Translations under genes and position numbers: made by a program
Notes under the pieces: model-generated
Seen by the model: only the letters and a program-made list of their open reading frames with translations
Told to the model about the DNA's origin: nothing
Database searches by the model: none
IMG/VR virus record: IMGVR_UViG_3300045988_162908
DNA length: 64,000 nt
Origin: a virus
Reading direction: 5' to 3' (one strand)
Shown: piece by piece, positions 1-9,157 of the stretch
Layout: each line of letters starts with the position of its first letter
How positions within the stretch are numbered: position 1 is the first letter of the stretch

Positions 1-407
1 ATGCAGGACAGGCACTTGTTTCTTCTACCTTTATTGGCTCGGATGGCAAGGAGCATAAGGCTTGGGAAATCGTAGAGATTGAAACGAAGGCTAACGACCA
101 AGCGAGTGCTGACAAGACCGAGTTGCAGGAGATTTCAAGTATCATCTTCTTTGCTATGGGTCTTGACGCAAAGCTCATCGGTAATACTCCTGGCGATACG
201 GCTTCATCGGGTGGTACGGACTTGCGAGAGCGATTTTTAGTTAAGCAGATCCAGTTTGCTATTCTGCAGCAGTTGATGTTGCGACCCTTGGAGGTTATCT
301 CTCGCTTCAATGAATACGACGAACATCTGGTTTGGCAGATAGACAGAGAGGTGCTGACTACTCTCGATAATTCAAAAACGGGAGTGACGAAGCAGGAAAG
401 CGTTTAA
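1..407 (+). CDS. partial CDS, 3' end of a virion-module gene (5' end lies outside the window)
   Basis: The frame of ORF 123..407 stays open back to base 3, so the gene enters from upstream. Stop TAA at 405-407. Function not recognisable; portal-like is only a positional guess. Confidence 0.5.
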   Translation, partial: AGQALVSSTFIGSDGKEHKAWEIVEIETKANDQASADKTELQEISSIIFFAMGLDAKLIGNTPGDTASSGGTDLRERFLVKQIQFAILQQLMLRPLEVISRFNEYDEHLVWQIDREVLTTLDNSKTGVTKQESV

Positions 408-455
408 GAAATGAGAAATGACAAATGACAAATGAGAAATGATTTCTTGAAATAA
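408..455 (+). repeat. 7-nt tandem array ATGAGAA/ATGACAA (family H, copy 1)
   Basis: gaaatgagaaatgacaaatgacaaatgagaaatga starts directly after the stop codon. Same family as 55948-55990 and 56205-56298. Confidence 0.8.
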
Positions 456-472
456 CAAAATATGATAAGGAT

Positions 473-1543
473 ATGATACTCTTCACTAATCAAGAACTCC
501 GGCTGCATATCCCGAGTAATTCCGTGGACGAGGTGGCCAACTTGCAAGGTATGCTTGATAATAGCGAGAAGGATTTTCTGAAACCTCGCTTAGGAGCTTC
601 GCTTTATGACCGACTTTGCAAGTACTATGCAAGTATTGAACCTAATGATTTCTGCGATACGGTAATCAATGGCAACTATACTGACAATCCTTGGAGCGAA
701 CTTCTGGTTTATGCGCAACGCATGGTTGCAAATGATGCGATGGCGCAGAATGTAGAAAAGCAAATTCTCTCTGTCAATGGCTCCGGTATCAACGTGGCTT
801 CCAGCAGTGACTTTGCCGCGGCTACAAAAGACCAGATAGCACAGGGCAAGGAAAGCTATCGCCAGTCGGCAATGACTTCGCTCAATAACATGCTTTCTCT
901 CTTGGAAGGATGGGCAAAGGAGATAAATACTCCTATGCCTATCGACACTTCGGGCGAGCATACAGATAGCGGTAATGATGCCGCAACCGAAGCCGAGACC
1001 AAACGACATGAAGCAATAGAGGAAATCGTAACCCTGTGGCAGGAAAGCGAATACTACTACTATCATAAGGATTTGCTTTTCCCTACCTGCGAGTCTTTGC
1101 GTCCGTATCTCGATATTTATGGTAACAGAGATAAGTTTGTGCGTCTTATCCCTGATATGCTTTTCATTCAGAGCGAATACCTGGAGGAAGCATTTGGCGA
1201 AGATTTCATCCCTCGCCTCTTGCAGGCTGATGAGAACGACAAGATGCTAAAGAAGGCTCGCCAGCTCGTAGCCGCTTATCTCAAGCAGCGTACATCAGTT
1301 ATCAATTTTGATAAACTGACCCGTTCTCTTGCCCATGATGATGCCATTACTATAAGGGAAAGTATTCATCGCTTACTGAAAAAAGAGAAGGCAGAGGCAC
1401 AGGCAAAACTCGATGCTGCTAACGAGAAAGCTGATTTGGCCAAGAGTGACACCTCTAATGAGTCTGCATCGGATGATAGTAGCGAATGCTATAAGAACAA
1501 TCAGGCTGGCTCCAGAATATTCGTAACCCCTCTTCTGTGCTAA
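473..1543 (+). CDS. hypothetical virion-module protein (356 aa, acidic)
   Basis: Long ORF co-oriented with its neighbours. The antisense ORF 590..1066 looks like a shadow. No motif recognised. Confidence 0.6.
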   Translation: MILFTNQELRLHIPSNSVDEVANLQGMLDNSEKDFLKPRLGASLYDRLCKYYASIEPNDFCDTVINGNYTDNPWSELLVYAQRMVANDAMAQNVEKQILSVNGSGINVASSSDFAAATKDQIAQGKESYRQSAMTSLNNMLSLLEGWAKEINTPMPIDTSGEHTDSGNDAATEAETKRHEAIEEIVTLWQESEYYYYHKDLLFPTCESLRPYLDIYGNRDKFVRLIPDMLFIQSEYLEEAFGEDFIPRLLQADENDKMLKKARQLVAAYLKQRTSVINFDKLTRSLAHDDAITIRESIHRLLKKEKAEAQAKLDAANEKADLAKSDTSNESASDDSSECYKNNQAGSRIFVTPLLC

Positions 1544-1685
1544 GAGTTTTAAAAATGGCTTATTTTCGGTTTTATGTCGCATCAAGCGTTCTCAAAACCG
1601 CTTAATTTGACATTTAATTGAAAATCAAGCCGAAAATGGGAAAAATTTATTCTTAAAATTCAAATAAACAACAAAATAAGGATTT

Positions 1686-2774
1686 ATGAAAGATTTATCT
1701 AAAGAACAGATTGTTCAGCTCCTTGCTCCTGCCATTGGCGCAAGAATGCTTACATCCGACCAGCGTGAGGCTTTTGAGCAGGGACTTGACATCTTGAGCA
1801 ATGTCGTTAAGGCGAAATCCTTCGTCAAAGACTCACGCCGTTTTAGAGATTATCATCGTCGTGTGCGCCAGATGGTAACTTATCTGCAAACCCTCGATAC
1901 CGGCAGCGCATCATCTGCTTCCGATAAGCGACGTGTGGGCAGACCCACCAAGAAGGAACAGGCTGAGTATGCCGAACTTCAGAAGAAGAAAGCCATGGAA
2001 GAGGCAAAGCAATCTCTCTTTCCTAACTTGAAGCCGAACACAAACATCCAGCCACTTACCTACAATGGTATCGTAGCCAATCCTAACGGTGAGAGTATTG
2101 CTGCTACGATGCCTAATTTGATACAGATCCGTCCGTTCCTCTCTCCTTCCCTGCAGGAGCAGGTAAACACCGTGCGTGAACTTCGCAACGAGATGGCAAG
2201 TAAGGCAGAACAGGCTAAGACCATGGCAGAGGCTAACGAGAAGGCTATATCGCAAGGTAAGGGCGCTATCTATACTGAAGAAGAAATCGCCGCTTTTGCA
2301 ACCCGTGCTACTGAAATCGAAAGTGAACTCTTGCCTAATATCTACACTGCTGTAGATAGAGAGATGGGCGAATGTTACCTGCGTCTGAGCGAGAAGACAG
2401 GTGATCCTGAATACATCGCCTACGCAAAGAAAGCCTTTACCATTGACCCTCAGACTCTCCGTACCCAGTTTAAGCCGTTCTATGAAAAAGCTCTGGCTCG
2501 TGATCCTCATTTTGCCGAAGCTATCGCTGAAAAGATAGCTAACGACCGTCCAGAAGTAAAGGCAGCCCGTGATGCAGCCGCCAAGCACAAAGCAGAAGCT
2601 GATGCCCTTATAAAGTACATCATCCGTAAGGATAAGCCTTCTACAAAGACGAGAGTGAAAGGTATTAAGGAGCGCATCGATCAGCTTCGCCAAAAGTATG
2701 CTGACATCGTGAGTGAGGATGAACTTACCGGCTATGAGGCAATTCTTGCTAAAACGGAAGAAGCGGCGATTTAA
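1686..2774 (+). CDS. hypothetical protein, K/E/A-rich and coiled-coil-like (scaffold-like guess)
   Basis: 362-aa ORF with a charged, helical-looking composition in the late operon. The antisense 1911..2693 is Leu/Ser/Cys-rich and treated as a shadow. Confidence 0.6.
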   Translation: MKDLSKEQIVQLLAPAIGARMLTSDQREAFEQGLDILSNVVKAKSFVKDSRRFRDYHRRVRQMVTYLQTLDTGSASSASDKRRVGRPTKKEQAEYAELQKKKAMEEAKQSLFPNLKPNTNIQPLTYNGIVANPNGESIAATMPNLIQIRPFLSPSLQEQVNTVRELRNEMASKAEQAKTMAEANEKAISQGKGAIYTEEEIAAFATRATEIESELLPNIYTAVDREMGECYLRLSEKTGDPEYIAYAKKAFTIDPQTLRTQFKPFYEKALARDPHFAEAIAEKIANDRPEVKAARDAAAKHKAEADALIKYIIRKDKPSTKTRVKGIKERIDQLRQKYADIVSEDELTGYEAILAKTEEAAI

Positions 2775-2798
2775 AGGTAAAAGGGTAAAAAGGTAAAG
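2773..2798 (+). repeat. GGTAAAAA-family array A1
   Basis: aaaggtaaaagggtaaaaaggtaaag overlaps the stop of 1686..2774. Confidence 0.8.
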
Positions 2799-2806
2799 AA
2801 GTGAAT

Positions 2807-3460
2807 ATGGGAAAGGATCAAGAGACTGTAGAACAGAAAAGCCAGCGATTTAAGCAACTCTGCATTGGCATTCTTGCACAGAGCGGGAATTGCCAGGCTT
2901 CTCAGCATGATTTTGGTGAAACTACAAGTATCAGGGAAATGTGCGATACTTGGCATAAGTATTGGCATGGCATGATAACGGAGGTTCCACAACAGGTGGT
3001 GCAAGCCTTTCATGATTTCTATCCCGATTTCAAGACTGAAATCAATGCGGCTGGCATCTTCTATAATGAGGACTCCCGAACAGGCTATGTACTTGTTGGG
3101 GATAGCGATGAACCTATTCATCTTTTCTTTGCCCATACCGCTTATATTCTCGGCAAAGCGCAGGTGGTGCTGCATGGCAGTGCCTCTGCCTTGGCCATGA
3201 CTACTGGCTGCAAAGTGGAATTGTTGGATAATAGCCGAGCCACCATCAAGGAAGGTTACGCTATTGCCCGAAATAATTCTTATCTTGTGACAAGTAAGGT
3301 GGCTGAGTGTTACGACTGCGCTACCGTCCATATAACTGATGGCACATTGCACGACCATGGTCATAGAGAAATCTGTGCTTATGGAGAGGCAACTATCCAT
3401 AGTTTTACTTCTCGTCTGATAAAATTATACGATAAATCTAAATTGAGTATTAAGAAATGA
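2807..3460 (+). CDS. hypothetical protein (217 aa)
   Basis: First ATG of ORF 2801..3460. Its stop overlaps the next start (ATGA at 3457-3460). The equally long antisense ORF 2771..3400 is rejected on orientation and because its tail is repeat-derived. Confidence 0.5.
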   Translation: MGKDQETVEQKSQRFKQLCIGILAQSGNCQASQHDFGETTSIREMCDTWHKYWHGMITEVPQQVVQAFHDFYPDFKTEINAAGIFYNEDSRTGYVLVGDSDEPIHLFFAHTAYILGKAQVVLHGSASALAMTTGCKVELLDNSRATIKEGYAIARNNSYLVTSKVAECYDCATVHITDGTLHDHGHREICAYGEATIHSFTSRLIKLYDKSKLSIKK

Positions 3461-6366
3461 AATCCCATCTCACTATATTGGTTGACGACAAACCTACGGC
3501 GCAGGCTCCTGATTTCTCTATTGATATAGAGGATCAGAACCCTGTGTTCAACGATACCGAAATGTTCTCTTATCCATTCTCTTTACCGCTTGACGGAAAC
3601 AGATGGCTATTGAAGAACATCGAAGATCCGCGTGCGTCTATTCGTGCGGTAAACTTAGAGTATAAGCCTACCAAGATTTATGCCGACGGCTTGCCTTTCC
3701 GTAATGGTACGCTTGTCATGCAGGATGATGACGAGATAACCGATTCTCTCTCGATGAATATTGATGCCAGCACGCAATCATTCAGCGACCTTATCGGTTC
3801 GTTGAATTGCCGTGATATTCCAGTCAAGGACACAATCATCATCGGAGAAAAGATAGGTAATGTAAGAGTGGATATTGAGAGTGATCCGATAGTGAAGGTA
3901 GAGGTGTTTGTGGCTGGAGGTAAGCACAAGAGCGATAAGACGGAAACCAGAATAATACAGGCTCGACACGTTAGCGTGAGCAAGGTGCTGGAGCCGCAAG
4001 CCCTTGGCTTTTCTTATCCTGGTTCTTGTAAGGAATATGCTGGTACGACTACCGATCATAAGGCGGCAGACGCTTATAAGGCTGGCGAGAGGTCTTACCC
4101 TAACAATCATACCGTAAACGTTCCCGCTTTGGCAGATATGGGCGATTATATCAATGTATCGGCGGCTTATGGTGAGACGGATGGAGCAGGACGTGCCGCT
4201 ACTTATTGTAATGCTCGTGTCTGTTATAAGCATCATGGTTTGGATGATGAAGGGCAAACATCGAGTGATGTTATCAGCGTAAAGGATTGTAAGTGGACTT
4301 ATGAGGATTTATATCCATATTGGGTACTTGATGCAAGGCGACCGCAATCGGGTATCTGTTTCTATGTACTCTATTTTTTGGATTGTCTTTTTGCTCACCT
4401 TGGTGTATCTTTCGATAAATCTGCATTGATGAAAATCGAGGATATGAAGCATCTTTGTTTCTTTACAACTGTATGCGCCTACGATACTATCAGTTATTCT
4501 TATGATGAAAATGACCTTACTGGCGATAAACAACCTTTCCTTCATCGTCACCATGGTGACTATTATACGGAAAGGGAGATTTGGAATGCAAAGGATAAGA
4601 TTAATGATCCAACGTATGTAGCAGGTTCTGATAAGGAGGCAGAAGTTGTAGCAGAGAAGATTCCTGGCGAAATCAAGACAGGCTTCTTCAAGACGCAGGA
4701 ACATATCAATAGCTGGTTGGAGTCTCGTGGTTGCGGTGGTAAGATTGAAATCATTAAAGCAGAGGATAAAACGGTACAGGAACTTACCCTTACCACGCCT
4801 GAAGGTACGACAGAACATGTACAGGTAGGTGAAACGACAAGTGAAGGTGGTAAGGTTACAGGTATCAGTATCGAAGCTCAAATCAAGAAGTTCAGCGTAC
4901 AGGCGAATGTTCTCAATATGAAGGCGAATAGTGATAACTTTCCTGATGAGAGCGTAAGCACTGTTATCTCATCCTTAGAGGCAGCTTTTGGTATTAAGTT
5001 TTCCTATGATTATGAACAAAAGAAGGTTACTGCATATCTCATAAGGGACGTGTTGCGCCGTAGTGGTAATCCTGCCCGAACATTCCATGCAAACGTCCAT
5101 TCTATCACTCCTATGACAGAAAAGATTACAGGTGTGCGTATGCGCTATTCAGAGGAAAATGATACAAAAGACCAGCAGCAGTATATCAAGGACAGCCGTA
5201 AAAACAAGAATATGGGTTATGATACCGATTATAATTATACCGACTATCCAGAGCCAAATTCCGGAGATAATGCGACTGTTTACAATAAATCTTATGTGGA
5301 GTTCTTTCACAATCTCAGCAATGGCGATAAGCGATGCTATATCGACCAAAAAACGGGTAATGCCTATCGTGTCAAGGTAAATAGTGATGCTACTACCACG
5401 TCAGACTTGAAGCCTGTCCTTTTTGAGGTAGGTCAGTTTAAGGGAGTGGAATACGGAGATTGTAGTGAGGAAAATGAGGACTTTATTCAGGATATTAGTA
5501 TCGACTTTACTCCTGTACCTTTCAATGATGTTAATTACTTCAAGGAGATAGAGGCTGCATACGGCTCTCACGAGGCAACCGATTCTCATAGCGGAAAGAA
5601 ATATGGCGTAACTATCGCCGATAGTCAGCCTATTCTTTGCGCCTATGTGGATGAAGATATGGAACATGAATTTGTAGAGCAGATTATTAACCAAACTATT
5701 TCCTCTCCATTCTGCGATTTCTATATGAAACAATCTTTGAAACTCGTAGAGAGTTATGATCCATCGGACACCGATGACGGCAACTCTCCTTTGCAGGATG
5801 ATTCCCGTTGGGGCTTTGCTTTGGCGCTAATGCGAGGTGGTGGTGCAGACGCAAGTATTCAGTCTTATGATTTCAATTACGATGGTTTCGGTACATCGAA
5901 ATGGCGCTCTGCGGTAGGAAAATATGCCCTTGCTTGTGACTCTCTCGATATGATGGGCAATCTTTTTGATTATAATGGTATTCAGGAAGGATTGGGTGGT
6001 GGAGAGCGTTTTTCTCTAAAAATACGTGCATTCAAAGAACCTTCTTGGTTGAAGGACCCTAAGTATGCAGATGTTTCACTCTGTGCGCCTGACGAGGTGG
6101 ATGCGAGCACAGGTAAAGTAACAACTAAAATCAAGTCTCGCGGCTTGTTTGATACTTTTATTTTGCCGTATGCTTATTTCCTACTTAATCGCAAGAAATA
6201 CAAGATACGTTGCTCTACTACCGTGGCGCAGATAGCTGACATTCCTAATCACTGGCAGGAATGGTGGAATATAGGCGGTATCAAATGTCTTATTGACAAG
6301 GTGAATACTACTATCAGCGCAGAAACTGGACTTGACGAGGTAGAATTGACCGTGTATGCGCTATAA
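3457..6366 (+). CDS. large virion structural protein (969 aa; baseplate/tail-like guess)
   Basis: Uninterrupted 2.9-kb ORF, translationally coupled to the upstream gene and located just before the fibre genes. No catalytic motif seen. Confidence 0.75.
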   Translation: MKSHLTILVDDKPTAQAPDFSIDIEDQNPVFNDTEMFSYPFSLPLDGNRWLLKNIEDPRASIRAVNLEYKPTKIYADGLPFRNGTLVMQDDDEITDSLSMNIDASTQSFSDLIGSLNCRDIPVKDTIIIGEKIGNVRVDIESDPIVKVEVFVAGGKHKSDKTETRIIQARHVSVSKVLEPQALGFSYPGSCKEYAGTTTDHKAADAYKAGERSYPNNHTVNVPALADMGDYINVSAAYGETDGAGRAATYCNARVCYKHHGLDDEGQTSSDVISVKDCKWTYEDLYPYWVLDARRPQSGICFYVLYFLDCLFAHLGVSFDKSALMKIEDMKHLCFFTTVCAYDTISYSYDENDLTGDKQPFLHRHHGDYYTEREIWNAKDKINDPTYVAGSDKEAEVVAEKIPGEIKTGFFKTQEHINSWLESRGCGGKIEIIKAEDKTVQELTLTTPEGTTEHVQVGETTSEGGKVTGISIEAQIKKFSVQANVLNMKANSDNFPDESVSTVISSLEAAFGIKFSYDYEQKKVTAYLIRDVLRRSGNPARTFHANVHSITPMTEKITGVRMRYSEENDTKDQQQYIKDSRKNKNMGYDTDYNYTDYPEPNSGDNATVYNKSYVEFFHNLSNGDKRCYIDQKTGNAYRVKVNSDATTTSDLKPVLFEVGQFKGVEYGDCSEENEDFIQDISIDFTPVPFNDVNYFKEIEAAYGSHEATDSHSGKKYGVTIADSQPILCAYVDEDMEHEFVEQIINQTISSPFCDFYMKQSLKLVESYDPSDTDDGNSPLQDDSRWGFALALMRGGGADASIQSYDFNYDGFGTSKWRSAVGKYALACDSLDMMGNLFDYNGIQEGLGGGERFSLKIRAFKEPSWLKDPKYADVSLCAPDEVDASTGKVTTKIKSRGLFDTFILPYAYFLLNRKKYKIRCSTTVAQIADIPNHWQEWWNIGGIKCLIDKVNTTISAETGLDEVELTVYAL

Positions 6367-6369
6367 TTT

Positions 6370-6431
6370 AAAGGTAAAAAAGTAAAAAGGTAAAAAGGTA
6401 AAAAGAGCATTCTTGCTTTTAAAGGTAAAAA
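6370..6431 (+). repeat. GGTAAAAA-family array A2 with AGAGCATTCTTGCT core
   Basis: aaaggtaaaaaagtaaaaaggtaaaaaggtaaaaagagcattcttgcttttaaaggtaaaaa lies between the 969-aa gene and the ketosynthase. Confidence 0.85.
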
Positions 6432-6440
6432 TATACGACT

Positions 6441-7679
6441 ATGATGTACAAAGTAAGAAACGAAAGAAACTATATCACTGGTTTGGGTATTCATTCATGT
6501 CTTGGCGAGGATATTCCATCCTTCGCCAAGGCTTTGCATGATGGTAAATGCGGCTTATACCATGATACCTATCGAGAGAAGATTGGGTATCAGTCATGTT
6601 TGTGCGGTGCAGTACCCCAGGTAGCATTCAAATATACAGATCGTCTATCCAGGGCACAGAGGCAATGCTTCTCCCTTCCTACTTACTATGCGCTAAGTGC
6701 CGTAAAACAAGCTCTTGAAGAAGCAAAGGTAAGCGACGATTTCTTGAAGGATCATCATGTTTCTCTTATCGTAAGCAACGATTCTACCGCAGATGCAATG
6801 ATGGATATAGGTACAATCATGCAGCACACGAATGACACACGCTGTCTGGGTGCAGGTGCGGTGTTCCGCTCGCTCAACTCTACAGCGAGCATGAACCTTG
6901 CTTCCCTCTTGGGTATTCACGGTTTATCGCTTACCGTGAGTGCAGCCTGTGCAGGAGGCGGTCATGCCATCGGCTTAGCACAGATGCTTCTCAATAGTCA
7001 TCAAACGGAAATGGTTATTGTGGTGGGTATGCAGGAGGCTGGACCTTCCTCTATGCAGTCTTTCGACGCTTTGGGTGTATTCGCTACAGATGCGGTGCGA
7101 CCTTTCGATAAACACCGTTCTGGTCTTGCTCCTTCGGGTGGTGCGGCTTGCGTTATCTTAGAGTCGGAATATTTCTATCGCATGAGAAAGGAGGATGAGG
7201 ATATGAAACATACTCCTTTGGCAAAACTATCCGGCTACGGTTTCTCTACCAATGGTTTACAGTCTCCTTGCACCCCACTTGCCTCTTACGAGTCTGTTTC
7301 TATGGTTAAGGCGATAGATGATGCAGGCTTAGATGAAGGCGATATTGATGCGATCCTTGCTCATGCCACTGGTACCCCTGCAGGAGACGAAGCCGAGGCG
7401 ACTGCTATCATGGACTCCTTTACGCTCTGCCCTTACGTGGTAGCTACAAAGGGTATGACAGGGCATGAGTGTTGGATGGCAGGTGTATCGCAAGCCGTGC
7501 AAGCTACTTTGATGATCAAGCACGGCTTTCTTCCTGGTTGTGTAGGTACGAATGACAATGCCTTCCCTGATATGAAACTTGTAATGAAAACCATGAAATA
7601 TGAGCCGCATAATATCCTCTGTAATTCGTTTGGATTTGGGGGAACAAATGCGTCGTTTGTTATATCGAAGGCTATTTAA
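6441..7679 (+). CDS. beta-ketoacyl-ACP synthase, elongating KAS I/II type (FabF/FabB-like)
   Basis: Active-site Cys in SAACAGGGHAIG, first His in AHATGTPAGDEAE, second His in TKGMTGHECWMAG. C-terminal NSFGFGGTNASFVI. N-terminal ITGLGIHSCLG. Confidence 0.9.
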   Translation: MMYKVRNERNYITGLGIHSCLGEDIPSFAKALHDGKCGLYHDTYREKIGYQSCLCGAVPQVAFKYTDRLSRAQRQCFSLPTYYALSAVKQALEEAKVSDDFLKDHHVSLIVSNDSTADAMMDIGTIMQHTNDTRCLGAGAVFRSLNSTASMNLASLLGIHGLSLTVSAACAGGGHAIGLAQMLLNSHQTEMVIVVGMQEAGPSSMQSFDALGVFATDAVRPFDKHRSGLAPSGGAACVILESEYFYRMRKEDEDMKHTPLAKLSGYGFSTNGLQSPCTPLASYESVSMVKAIDDAGLDEGDIDAILAHATGTPAGDEAEATAIMDSFTLCPYVVATKGMTGHECWMAGVSQAVQATLMIKHGFLPGCVGTNDNAFPDMKLVMKTMKYEPHNILCNSFGFGGTNASFVISKAI

Positions 7680-7697
7680 AGGTAAAAAGGTAAAAGG
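7678..7697 (+). repeat. GGTAAAAA-family array A3
   Basis: aaaggtaaaaaggtaaaagg lies between the ketosynthase stop and the ACP start. Confidence 0.8.
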
Positions 7698-7700
7698 AAT

Positions 7701-7949
7701 ATGGAAAGGAAAGATATACAAAAAAGGCTGCATTCTATTATTAATGGATTGAGGTCATCGTGGAATAATGCAGAGATAACTGACAGCTCTGATCTGCGAG
7801 AAGATATAGGCTTAGAGTCTATTGATTTCTTGGACTTGATACTTCAGACAGAAACGATGTTTAGCATCAAGATTACTCCATCTGAAGCCGCAGGTTGCAA
7901 GGTAGTTTCAGACTTTGTTTCACTCGTGGAACAAAAAGTCAATAAGTAA
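7701..7949 (+). CDS. acyl carrier protein
   Basis: 82 aa. DIGLESIDFLDLILQTETMFSIKI matches the ACP D-S-L phosphopantetheine-serine helix II pattern. Lies directly downstream of the KS. Confidence 0.8.
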   Translation: MERKDIQKRLHSIINGLRSSWNNAEITDSSDLREDIGLESIDFLDLILQTETMFSIKITPSEAAGCKVVSDFVSLVEQKVNK

Positions 7950-7974
7950 CGTCTAACATTAAAATTAAATTAAA

Positions 7975-9078
7975 ATGGCAGAACAGATACTCTTAACATC
8001 CGGCTCTATATTGGCTGGCAATCCTATTACGTTTTCTATTAAACCGAGTGACGCGGGAAAATTACCATTTTTTCATCGTGTCATCGTAGAAGTAACGTAT
8101 GACACTAATAATGGTAGATACGAGTTTAACAAATTGCCTGTACCAGTAATTCAAGAAGGTAAGGATGTAGAGCTGGACGTTTCCTCTGCATTGCGTGTGC
8201 TTTTGGTGGACTTTCAATATTCGCCTCTTGTTGCTACTTACCCAATGGTCAAATGGTATATTAGGGCATACGATGAGTATATGGATAGTAATGGCGAGCT
8301 GCATACTAATGTAGGAGAGCATTTTTATCCGAAGAAACCGGAAGCAAGTGATGGCGGTGCCACCAATCTGCGATGTATTGCAGGCGCATTTTGGGATATT
8401 GAGAGAATGGTATCAGGTGTAACGAAATCGGTTAAATCTTTATCACGTAAACCTCAGTCTTTACCGCAACTGATGGTTGTAGGAGATACTTATGCCTATA
8501 CTCCTGCCTACCCTAAGCCTCAGTCTTTGTTGGATAGTCCAGAAAAACTCGTTGTCGATCAGTCTTTAGTGGATAACCCCAAAAAACTTGTTGCTCCACA
8601 ATCTCGTGAGGTTGAAATAACGAAGGAGGGTTTGCAGACCATTGGCGAGCAAAGTATCTATGCTATGCCGAAAGATGAAGGGAAAGACCGTATGGTTTTC
8701 CGTTTTATTAATTCCTTCGGTGTATTGGAGTGCGTAAACATACCAAGAACGTATAGCAAGAAACTCTCTATCCAGAGTAATACCTATACAGTTACGAAGT
8801 TGGAAACCTTCAATAGCTTTTCTCGTTCTGCAGTAACTAAGAAGAATGATCGGGAAAGCTGGTTGTTTATGACTGACCCGCTGGATGAGAATTGGTTGCA
8901 ATGGTATCTGCATGAGTTCTTGATGAGTAATCATATCTGGCTAAATGTGAAGGGTAACTGGATTCCAGTTACCATCATTCCGGAAGATGAAATCACATTC
9001 CTGGATAAGACTAATACTAATATGTATTCCGTATCATTTACAGCGAAATTCGACATCTACGGACCAGCAAGCGTTTAA
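7975..9078 (+). CDS. hypothetical virion-module protein (367 aa)
   Basis: Long co-oriented ORF between the ACP and the giant fibre gene. Confidence 0.65.
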   Translation: MAEQILLTSGSILAGNPITFSIKPSDAGKLPFFHRVIVEVTYDTNNGRYEFNKLPVPVIQEGKDVELDVSSALRVLLVDFQYSPLVATYPMVKWYIRAYDEYMDSNGELHTNVGEHFYPKKPEASDGGATNLRCIAGAFWDIERMVSGVTKSVKSLSRKPQSLPQLMVVGDTYAYTPAYPKPQSLLDSPEKLVVDQSLVDNPKKLVAPQSREVEITKEGLQTIGEQSIYAMPKDEGKDRMVFRFINSFGVLECVNIPRTYSKKLSIQSNTYTVTKLETFNSFSRSAVTKKNDRESWLFMTDPLDENWLQWYLHEFLMSNHIWLNVKGNWIPVTIIPEDEITFLDKTNTNMYSVSFTAKFDIYGPASV

Positions 9079-9110
9079 TCCCTTGTCCTTATTGATTTTT
9101 TTTTTGTTGT

Positions 9111-9118
9111 TATCTTTG
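9111..9118 (+). promoter_or_regulatory. Bacteroidota-type -7 promoter box TATCTTTG
   Basis: Matches TAnnTTTG, 40 nt upstream of the 9158 start. No clean -33 TTTG. Confidence 0.45.
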
Positions 9119-9157
9119 TGATGTAAAAATATGAAATTTTGAAATCCGAAAAGAAAG

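Noticed and set aside
590-2693. Long antisense ORFs opposite plus-strand genes. Examples: 590..1066, 1911..2693, 4309..4881, 15034..15633, 16166..16774, 20184..20672, 30320..30799, 33090..33485, 49945..50679.
   Set aside because: They lie entirely inside longer co-oriented plus-strand ORFs. Their composition is Leu/Ser/Cys/Arg-rich, as expected of shadow frames. In 15034..15633 the ORF simply mirrors the periodic AE..R repeat coding.
2771-3400. A 209-aa minus-strand ORF nearly as long as the plus-strand 2807..3460.
   Set aside because: The plus-strand ORF is translationally coupled (ATGA) to the next gene and fits the operon direction. The minus ORF ends in repeat-derived FFTFLPFYL sequence. 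This call remains somewhat uncertain.
6249-6494. ORFs encoding FLPFYLFTFLPL-type peptides (6249..6494, 22422..22622, 40349..40564, the N-terminus of 47426..48205, and 21168..21449).
   Set aside because: These are translations of the GGTAAAAA repeat arrays, not genes.
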